Source of the DNA: an uncultured Victivallales bacterium
GTDB taxonomy: Bacteria > Verrucomicrobiota > Kiritimatiellia > UBA8416 > CAYOBW01
Assembly: GCA_964402115.1 (NCBI GenBank)
Contig: CAYOBW010000003.1
Coordinates: forward strand, 24,086-88,085
Length of the DNA stretch: 64,000 nt
Direction: 5' to 3'
Below the pieces are notes generated by a model, which made no database searches, had not been told where the DNA came from, and was given only the letters and a program-made list of their open reading frames with translations. Positions 8,336 through 17,600 of the stretch are shown here, piece after piece (the first letter of the stretch is position 1; the number at the start of each line of letters is the position of its first letter). The translations under genes and the position numbers were made by a program.

Positions 8336-11140
8336 TCACTGCGCGTCGCGACAGACTGTCTGGTCAGGTCGGGCGCCGGGCATGTCGTCGCGCGGACGCG
8401 CCTGCAATTGCGCAGTCACCGGCTCGAAGGTCCGCAGCAGGGCCTGATAGTCGGGATCGCTGGTGTCGGCAAAAACCGCCCTGCCGCAGGCTTCCGTGCC
8501 GCCGGCGGCCTTGGCGAGAGGCGCCAGCAGGAAGCGGTTCAGGCCGGGATTGGTGATGCGTGTCCACACCTCGCGTGGCACGGCCCCGCCGGCATGACAC
8601 TCCGCGCAGCGGCGCTGGGCGACGGCGCGCAGCGTGGCGTCCAGCTCGGCCGGGTAAAGCCGTCGGCAGCCGGTCGTGCCGGGGTAGGCGGTCTCGCTCG
8701 TGCCGTAGTACGGCACGTTCAGGTCGATCCACTGCAGCACGCGCCGGCGCTCGGCGGCGGCGAGTTGCACGCGGGGGCGGCCGGCGGCGTCGGGATGGCC
8801 GCCGACGACGATATCGGCCAGCTTGCTGCGCGGGGAGCCCCAGGCGCCGGGGGTGATTTCGAGGATGTTGGCCTCCATGCCGTTGTACGTGGGGATCCAG
8901 CTCACGTACGGGCTGTCCCACTCGCCTTCGCCGATGCGGCGACGACCGCGCGCCAGCGTTTCGTACGACACGTTGAAGAAATCGGTCTTGTCGCCGCCCA
9001 GGTCGACGCGGTTCGGGGACTGGTGGCAGCGCACGCAGTGCCGGTCGAGCACAGGCTGCACGACCGCCGCGTAGTCGAAGCCAATGCCCTGTCCCCAGTC
9101 GGGCGGGCGCAGTTCGCAAACGGGCTGCCGCGGCGCCCGCGGACGGCCGGCGAGGGCTACGCCCTGGCGCGATTCGTGACAACCGAGGCAGCCCTGCTGC
9201 TCGCCCGGCATGAAGTGCGTGAAGGTCCGCATCCGCTGTACGGCACGTCCCTGGGCATCGAGCGCCATGAAGTAGAGCGGCACACCGGCCGGCACGCGGA
9301 AGCAGGCGGAGCCGTCCTCGGCCACGGGGGCATAGCCCCAGACCAGCTTGCCGGCATAGGTCGCCCCGCAGGAGATCACGGGGAACTGGAACCCGAACGC
9401 GCGCCGGTTCAGGTCCGCGCGCACGGGTTTGGCCATCTCCTGCACGACGGCGATCTCCGCGACGGCCCCACGCGGCACGTGCGGCGCCAGGCCGCGGTAG
9501 ACATCCTGCAGGAAGACCGTGGCCCAGCCAACCGTCCCCGTCGGCGCCGGCAGGGCGGAGGGGATCACCGTCGGAGGCAGCGGCCGGGGCGCAAGCGGCT
9601 GGGGATTGTGGAAGCCCACTCCGTCACGCGGCGCCAGCACCTCCACCTCCTGCGTCGCGTCGTAATCGCGCAGGAGAATGGTCCCGCCGCGGGAGACCAG
9701 GTAGTAGGGCGGCGCCAGCGGATACGGCCCCGCGTAAGGTCCGCGCACGTGGTTGCCTGAACCCTGTTCCACGCGGCCGATGTCCACCTCCGGCGTTAAG
9801 TTCCGGATGGCAGCCTGGGCGTTCATGCCGTACGCACGGTCGATTAGCCCCACAGCGCCGCTCGCCGGGCCGTTGTGCGCCGTCAGCGTGCAGAGCACGC
9901 ACGTCGAGCCTGGAATGGCGCGGGCCTCCATGAACGTGGCGGGGCTCAGCACACGATTGCCGAAGTAGCCCGTCAATCCGGTGCCGTCAGGATTGATGGC
10001 CCACAGGCTCTGGATGGGAATCGCGGGCTTGTCGACGTACTCCCAGCGCGAATAGATGATCCGCCCGTCGTTCAGCACGCTGGGCGTGAAATCGTTGACG
10101 ATATTCGCCGAGAGCCGCCGCACGAGCGACCCATCGGCTTCCATGCGGTGCAGCAGTCCCACGGGCGAAATCCAGCAATAGGCGAACTGCGCCGAGCGGG
10201 TCGAGAGGAAGGCGATGCCGCCGTCCGGCAGCCAGCAGGCGTTGTAGTCGTGCCAGCGGCCGTCGGTCAACTGGCGGAGTCCCGTGCCGTCGGCGCCCAC
10301 GGTGAAGAGGTGGTACCCGGCGTCGGCGCGCTGGCGCCAGCTGAAGAGGACGTTGGTGCCGTTGTAGGCCAGATCGGCGTCCAGGATTTGCCCCTCCCCT
10401 GCGTCCACCAGGCGCCGCAGGGCGCCCGTGTCGGGCCGGAAGGCGTACAGTCCGCCGCCGGCCCTGAACCCCTCCACGTGATAGGTGTAGACATGGGTGG
10501 ACTCGATGGGGCGACGCTGAACGACCAGCAGTTCGGTGAAACCAAGACGGCCGGCCTTGAGCTGTGCCGCCAGTTCGGCCGAAGCTCGCGGGATGCGACG
10601 CTCTTCGGGCAGGCGCCCCTCCGGCGGGATGGAAGGGAAGACCATGATTTCGGTTGCGCCGGGGTTCGGACCGCCATACGAACCGGCAAACACCAGGCGC
10701 AGCCGCTGCGCGCGCTGCGGCGCGGGCAGGGTGAGACGCTGTGGACCGTGAACCCGGTCCAGGCGACCGGTCCGTACGGGTTGTTCGGCGCCGTCGAGGT
10801 AAAGCCGGTAGTCGCGCCAGCCCTCCTCCAGGTACCAGGCCGTGCGCGCGTAGTAGACCACTTCGGCGATGGTGACAGGCGCCGGCCAGGCCAGGGAGAA
10901 GGCGGCGCCTTCACGATGGGTCTCGCCGCGCACACACCACGCCTGGTCAAGATCGGCGTGGCTGCCGGCGGCGGGAATGCGACCATCCACCGCGAAGCGT
11001 GGCAGGTAGTTATCGCTGTAGACTGAATCCGCGCTCGCGACAGCCTGCGTGGCCAAGTTCGGCGGCAGGGCCGGCGAAACCGCCGCAGCGGTGACCAACC
11101 CGGCGATCCAACCAACCTGCATGAGCACCGCAATAAGCAT
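8336..11140 (-). CDS. Secreted HzsA-like (hydrazine synthase alpha middle-domain family) protein with discoidin-like N-domain, TolB-like propeller and three CxxCH motifs
   Basis: ATG 11140 with AGGAG 7 nt upstream. Motifs DGRIIYSRWEYVDK, INPDGT, DGSACFRVPAGVPLYFMALDAQGRAVQRMR and WIDLNVPYYG. CxxCH motifs: CLGCH (9176-9190), CVRCH (9023-9037), CAECH (8594-8608). Confidence 0.8.
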   Translation of the reverse strand: MLIAVLMQVGWIAGLVTAAAVSPALPPNLATQAVASADSVYSDNYLPRFAVDGRIPAAGSHADLDQAWCVRGETHREGAAFSLAWPAPVTIAEVVYYARTAWYLEEGWRDYRLYLDGAEQPVRTGRLDRVHGPQRLTLPAPQRAQRLRLVFAGSYGGPNPGATEIMVFPSIPPEGRLPEERRIPRASAELAAQLKAGRLGFTELLVVQRRPIESTHVYTYHVEGFRAGGGLYAFRPDTGALRRLVDAGEGQILDADLAYNGTNVLFSWRQRADAGYHLFTVGADGTGLRQLTDGRWHDYNACWLPDGGIAFLSTRSAQFAYCWISPVGLLHRMEADGSLVRRLSANIVNDFTPSVLNDGRIIYSRWEYVDKPAIPIQSLWAINPDGTGLTGYFGNRVLSPATFMEARAIPGSTCVLCTLTAHNGPASGAVGLIDRAYGMNAQAAIRNLTPEVDIGRVEQGSGNHVRGPYAGPYPLAPPYYLVSRGGTILLRDYDATQEVEVLAPRDGVGFHNPQPLAPRPLPPTVIPSALPAPTGTVGWATVFLQDVYRGLAPHVPRGAVAEIAVVQEMAKPVRADLNRRAFGFQFPVISCGATYAGKLVWGYAPVAEDGSACFRVPAGVPLYFMALDAQGRAVQRMRTFTHFMPGEQQGCLGCHESRQGVALAGRPRAPRQPVCELRPPDWGQGIGFDYAAVVQPVLDRHCVRCHQSPNRVDLGGDKTDFFNVSYETLARGRRRIGEGEWDSPYVSWIPTYNGMEANILEITPGAWGSPRSKLADIVVGGHPDAAGRPRVQLAAAERRRVLQWIDLNVPYYGTSETAYPGTTGCRRLYPAELDATLRAVAQRRCAECHAGGAVPREVWTRITNPGLNRFLLAPLAKAAGGTEACGRAVFADTSDPDYQALLRTFEPVTAQLQARPRDDMPGARPDQTVCRDAQ

Positions 11141-11287
11141 GACCCGTCTCCTATGCCCGGGTGCCTGGCGGCACCCAGCCGCGACGAAAGGCACTGGAGA
11201 CAGGTTAATAGCGCCCGAAACCGGAAGTGACAAGCGAAATGCGGGATGAAGCGTAACGCCTCAGTGACGCGGAGGGGGGGGGCGATA

Positions 11288-11557
11288 ACGGCGGGGACCG
11301 CCGTCTCCACGCCTCGTCGCCTGCCCACTGGGAGCGGGGGCGTCCCGCCCCCGTAGCGAGATGGCCGGGGGCGAGACGCCCCCGCTCCCAGTTGCCGCGA
11401 AGACAGACGACAACGAGGCGTTTACCCTTGGATGCGTCCAAACGCGGATCGCCGAGTAGCGCGGGCCTCTCCGAGGCCCAGCGCCGCCCGGTGGCGTTGC
11501 GTGCACGGCCGGATTTCATGCAGAACCCGCCCGCGCCTTCGGAGAAGGCGGGGCTAC
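11288..11557. repeat. Cluster of REP-like palindromic elements (BIME-like)
   Basis: GTGG-type hairpin at 11288-11310 (minus strand). 27-bp inverted repeat pair with one mismatch at 11327-11392. Inverted pair of GTAG-hairpin units at 11456-11479 and 11534-11557, both with a CTCCG loop. Confidence 0.72.
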
Positions 11558-11630
11558 CACCCAGACGGCCCGATCCGCCAAATCGGTGGCGCGCCAAGTC
11601 GACGCGGTGTTAGAACCCACTTCCGGCAGG

Positions 11631-14600
11631 TCAGGGCACGGGGGAGTAGTCGTCTTTGTTGGGGATGCCGTCGCCGTCGGCATCTTCATCGCCGTCGCGG
11701 ATGCCGTCGCCGTCGCTATCCACGTTGTCCGGCCGCAGTCCGAGAGTGGCTTCAACGGCATCGGGCAATCCGTCGCCGTCCGTATCGGGCAGCGGCACAA
11801 TCTCGATGTCCCACTGGTGCAGCGGCTGCCCCGCCGTGCCGCCGAGGGTCAGGCGATAGCGCCCTGCCGCCAGCGGTTGGTCGCCAGTGAACAGGATGGT
11901 CCGCCCATCGGCGCCCAGGCTGAACTGTCCCGCCACCGGCGCGGTGGTGCCATCGGGTAACACGCGGGTCAGGGTCGCTCCGCCGCTGCTGATCAGCTCG
12001 GGTGCCACCGCGGTCTGGAAGGCGAAGGGCAGATACCGGCCCGTAGCGGGCAACATGCCCGCGACCGCTGGAGTCTCCGCCACGCCACCCAGCAGATCCG
12101 GCGCACCCAGCAGCGGATCGTCACCGCTCCGCTCCGCGCTCCCGCCCCACGACCAGACGGTCGGGACCCAGAGCCATAGCCGCGGCGCGGCGCCAACAGG
12201 CAGTCCCGCGGGCTCGCCTTCAGCCTCTTCCGTGGGCAGCGTCTCACCTGCGGCGAGCACCGTCTCCCAGCGCCCGCGCAGATCGTAGCCGCTCACGCCA
12301 CGCCACAGGTTGTCATTGATGCCCAGGGTGGCCGGCGCGGGAGGCGGCCCAGATGACTCGGGGGCATTGACGGTGACTGTAACCGTCCCGAGCGACGTCA
12401 GGCCGGCAGGATCGGCGACCGTGTATTGGAACGTGTCGGCGCCGAACCAGCCGGCCGCCGGCGTGTAGGTGATTGTTCCGTCGGCGTTGAGCACCAGCGC
12501 GCCATGCAGCGGGTACCCGGCCGTGCCCAGCGCCGGCAACGTCAACGTCAGCGCATCGCCATCCACATCGGCATCGTTCGTGCGCGCGAACACGATCACG
12601 GCCAGCGACTGCCCCGTGGTGGCGGCATCGGCGACAGCCACCGGCGCGTCGTTGACGGGAGACACCACCACGGTCACCGTCGCCAGCGCACTGCCGCCCT
12701 GGCCATCCGTCAGCGTGTAGCGGAACGTGTCCGTGCCGAACCAGTCCGCCGTCGGCGTGTACGTGATCGTCCCGTCGGCGTTCACCACCGCCGTGCCATG
12801 CGCCGGCCCGTCGCTCGCTGCCACCGTCACGGTCAGCGGATCGTTTTCCACATCGCTGTCGTTCGGCAGCACGGGCACGGTTACGGCCGTGTCTTCGGCC
12901 GTGGCCCCAGAGTCAGCAGCGGCCACAGGCGCGTCGTTCACCGACCGCACCGTCATCGTCACAAGGGCCGTGGCACTGCCGCCCGTACCGTCCGCCAGCG
13001 TGTACTGGAAGGTGTCCGTGCCGAACCAGTCCGCCGCCGGCGTGTAGGTGATCGTCCCGTCGGCGTTCACCACCGCCGTGCCGTGCGCCGGTCCGTCGCC
13101 CGCCGCGATGGCGACGCTCAGCGAATCGCCGTCGACGTCGCTGTCGTTGGCGCGCACGTTCACCGTGCGGGCGGTATCCTCATCGGTCGCCGCCGCATCG
13201 GCGCGGGCCACGGGCACATCGTTCACCGGCAGAACCGTGACGGTCACCAGGGCCGACGAGCTGCCGCCCTGGCCATCGGACAGCGCGTAGCGGAAGGTAT
13301 CGGTCCCGAACCAATCCGCCGCCGGCGTGTAGGCGATCGTGCCGTCGGCATTCACGATGGCTGTGCCATGCGCCGGACCGTTGGCCGCCGCAATTGTGAC
13401 GGTGAGCGGGTCGCCGTCCACATCGCTATCGTTCGGCAGGACGGCTAGGGTCACAGCCGTGTCTTCGTTCGTCGTCGCGGAATCGGCCACGGCCGCGGGC
13501 GCGTCGTTGACGGGGCGCACCGTGAGCGTAACGGTGGCTGTGGCGGTCGCTCCGCGGGCGTCGGTCAGGGTGTAGACAAAGGTATCCGTCCCGTTCCAGT
13601 TCGCGTCCGGCCTGTACGCCAGCGAGTAGTCGGCGTTCACCACGACCGTGCCATGTGCCGGCCCGTTCCCGGCGGCGATGCTGACGCTCAGCGCGTCGCC
13701 ATCCGGGTCGCTGTCGTTGGCCAGAACCCGCACGGTCACCGAGCCGTCCTCGTCGACGGCAGCCGCGTCGTTCGCGGCCACCGGCGGACGGTTGGCCAGC
13801 ACGGTGACCGTCACAGTCGCCGAAGCCGTCCCGCCCTTGCCGTCGGCCAGATCGTACGTGAAGGTGTCCGTTCCGGACCAACCGGCTTGCGGCGTGTAGG
13901 TGACCGTACGATCCGCATTGAGAGCCACCGCACCGTGCGCCGGCGCGCCCGCAACCGGCAGGCTGACCACCAGCGGATCGTTGTCCACGTCACCGTCATT
14001 CGTCAGAACGGTGATGATAACGGCCATGCCCTGGAACGTCGTAGCAGTATCGTCTTGCGGAACCGGAGCATCGTTGACGCTGGTCACGGTCAGCGTCACC
14101 GTCACCGCGGCGGACTTGCCGCCCAGCGCGTCCACGGCCCGGTACATGAAGCTGTCCGTGCCGTTGAAGTCCGTGGCCGGCGTGTACGTGAATGTCCCGT
14201 CCGTGTTCAGCGTCAGCGTGCCATGCTGCACATCGGTCGCCAGTTCCGCCTTCAGCAGCACGTTGTTCTCACCTGGTGCGCCGCCATGCAGGTCGCTGTC
14301 GTTCGCCAGCACCGTTGTGCCGTTCAGCGTCGTATCCTCGGCCGTCGTCTGCGCATCCGCCACCGCCGCCGGTATGTCGTTGACGCTGGTTACGGTCAGC
14401 GTCACCGTCACCGCCGCGGACTTGCCGCCCAGCGCATCCACGGCCCGGTATGTGAAGCTGTCCGTCCCGTTGAAGTCCGCCGCCGGTGTGTACGTGAAGG
14501 TCCCGTCCGCGTTCAGCGTCAGCGCGCCGTGCTGCACGTTCGCCCCCAACTCCGCCGTGAGCGGCGAGTTGTTCTCCAGCGGCGCGCCGCCATGGAGATC

Positions 14601-17600
14601 GGTGTCGTTCGCCAGCACCGTCGTGCCGTTCAGCGTCGTGTCCTCGCCGATCGTCTGCGCATCCGCCACCACCGCCGGCGCGTCGTTGACGCTGGTTACT
14701 GTCAACGTCACGGTCACCGCCGCAGACTTGCCGCCCAGCGCGTCCACGGCTTTGTATGTGAAGCTGTCCGTCCCGTTGAAGTCCGCCGCCGGCGTGTACG
14801 TGAATGTTCCGTCCGTGTTCAGCGTCAGCGTGCCGTGCTGCACGTCGGTCGCCAGTTCCGCCGTGAGCGGAACGTTGCTCTCGCCCGGCGCGCTACCGTG
14901 CAAATCGCTGTCGTTCGCCAGCACCGTCGTGCCGTTCAGCGTCGTATCCTCGGCAGTCGTCTGTGCATCCGCCACCGCCGCCGGTTCGTCGTTGACGCTG
15001 GTTACTGTCAACGTCACGGTCACCGCGGCGGACTTGCCGCCCAGCGCGTCCACGGCCTTGTAGGTGAAGCTGTCCGTGCCGTTGAAGTCCGCCGCCGGCG
15101 TGTAAGTGAATGTACCGTCCGTGTTCAGCGTCAGCGCACCGTGCTGCACGTTCGCCCCCAACTCCGCCGTGAGCGGAACGTTGTTCTCGCCCGGTGCGCC
15201 GTCATGCAGGTCGCTGTCGTTCGCCAGCACCGTCGTGCCGTTGAGCGTCGCATCCTCGGCCGTCGTCTGCGAATCCGCCACCGCCGCCGGTGCGTCGTTG
15301 ACGCTGGTCACGGTCAGCGTCACGGTCACCGCCGCGGACTTGGCGCCCAGCGCGTCCACAGCCTTGTAGGTGAAGCTGTCTGACCCGTTGAAGTCCGCCG
15401 CCGGCGTGTATGTAAACGTCCCGTCCGCATTCAGCGTCAGCGCCCCGTGCTGCACGTTCGTTCCCAACTCCGCCGTGAGCGGAACGTTGTTCTCGCCCGG
15501 TGCGCCGCCGTGGGTGTCGTTGTCGTTCGCCAGCACGGTGGTGCCGTTCAGCGTCGCATCCTCGGCTGTCGTCCGCGCGTCGGCAACCGCGGTCGGCCGA
15601 TCGTTCACGGAGGCAACGTTGATGGTGACCGTGCCCTCCAGGGTCAGCCCGAACTGATCGGTGACCCGAACACCCAGCGTGTCAGCACCGTTGAAGTTCG
15701 CGGCCGGCGTGTACCGCCACGTCGCCCCTGCGCCCGTCAAGGTGCCGTGGGTCGGCATCGACAGAATCTCATAGTACAGCGTGTCGTTCGGCAGGTCGGC
15801 ATCGCCGACGGGCAGTGTGATGTCGCGCGCCGTATCCTCCGTGGCCGCCACGCTGGTGGCCGTAAAGAACGGGGCGCTGTTGGCCACCGGACCCACACCG
15901 CCAAGCACGGCGAACGTGAACGGATCCTCGTCGGGGTCGTTGCTCCGCACGACCACGTCACCCTTGAACAAGCCGGCCGTCGTGGTATCGAGTGCCAGCG
16001 TGAGGGTGATGGACTGCCCCGGGCGCAGGACCAGGGAAGCCGGCACAGTCACCGTGAAACCCGCGGGCGCAACGACGCTCGCCAGGGTCAGCGCCGTGCC
16101 GCCCGCGTTCGTCAGCGTGAGGGTCGTCTCCGGCGCCGGGGCGCCCGTCGCCACGTTGCCCAGCACGATCGGCCGCGTCGCGCCGTCGGTCACCGCCGCG
16201 CCGCCAACGGTCACCGCCAGATCCTGGTCGGGCGCGTTGTCGGTGAAGCTGGCGCTCGCGGCCGCGCTGGCGTTGCCCGCGGCATCCTGCACGGCGCCGG
16301 CTGCGAGGTTGACCTGCACCGTACCGCGCGTGAGGCGGTCGCCGTCGTCGCTGTACCAGTAGCGCACGCGCCCGCCGCCCAGCTCTTCCACGCGGTCAAC
16401 GTCCACGCCGGTGACCGTCAGATCGGCGGCGTCAAACGCCCCCGCCGCGAACCCGCTGCCGGCTTCGGTCCACTGCACCTCGATATACCCCTCGTCCACG
16501 GCGATCGAGCTGCCCGCGATGGGCGCGGCCAGGGCGCCGGCGGGCGCGGCGGTATCGAGGGTGAGCGAGAGCGAGACCGTCCGCGTGCCCTCGACGTTGG
16601 TCCCCTGCACGCGCCACACCTGGAGCCCTTCGGTCAGCGAGAGGCTGTCGAAGCTGAACTCGCCGGCGGCGTTGGCCGTCGCCGTGCCGTCGTCGAAGCC
16701 GTCGCCGTCGAGATCCAGCAGCACCTGGAGGTCGGGCTCCGTCACGCCGCTGAGGGTGACCGTGCCGCGGCTCGTGATGCCGTCGCCCGCGGCACCGCTG
16801 TCGGATGCGGCGTCGAGGTTGACTTCGATATCGGGGCCGACCCCCTCCTCCCAGCGCACGTTGTCCAGGGTCGCCTGGCTCTGGGCCGCCCCGATGCTGA
16901 TCAGGTCATAGAAGAGGACCACGGGCGCGCTGGGGGCCACGTCGCGCAGGCTGATGCTGACCTCGATCGGCGCGGCCAGGGACATGACGTCACCGGAGGC
17001 GCGAACACCGCGAATGCGGACGCGGTTGCTGAAGAAGACGTGACCGTCCGCCTGGATGTTCAGCAGCGCGTCGCCGCCGGCCAGGCCGCCCATGGCGCCG
17101 AAGGCCGAGGTCAGCGTGGCGCGCTGGAGCAGGGCCACTTCGAAGGCGTCCGGCGCGGTGCCGGGGTTGGCCGACAGCGTCAGGCTCGAGATGGTGAAGC
17201 GCAGCACGCCGATGCGGTCGGGCAGGTTGAAGGCCTGGGACAGGTCGCTGAAGAGCTGGCCGCCTTCGGAGAGACGCGCCGTGCCGCCTTGCACGCTGAC
17301 GGCCCCGAACGTATTCCAGCCGAAGTCCGCGGCAGCAGGGTCGCTGACATCGAAACCGCCGTTGGTGATGTCGTCCGGCAGCGTCTCCGCGAAGTCACCC
17401 GCAAAGATCGTGAAGCCCGGCTCCGGCGCCGCACCAAGCTGGTAGCTGACGCGGGCGATGCCGGGATGCACGGCATTGGCGGCGGCCAGGGCTACGCGAA
17501 TCACCGATCCATCCAGCGCGGACGGTAGACGCCGCTCCCCGAGGCGCAGCGTGGGGGTCATGGCCGACGTCGGGTGGGCAGCGGACTGAGCATGTTCGCG

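Noticed and set aside
8336-11140. Evidence for anammox metabolism
   Set aside because: Only HzsA-like domain similarity. No hzsB/hzsC neighbours, and the family occurs in non-anammox bacteria.
11205-11597. 130-aa minus-strand ORF as a possible RHS immunity gene
   Set aside because: It runs across palindromic repeats and gives an Arg/Pro/Gly-rich low-complexity translation with no protein-like features.
12365-15605. Regular direct repeats as a CRISPR array or mobile element
   Set aside because: Periods of 285 and 306 nt are in-frame protein domain repeats. There are no unique spacers, cas genes or transposase.
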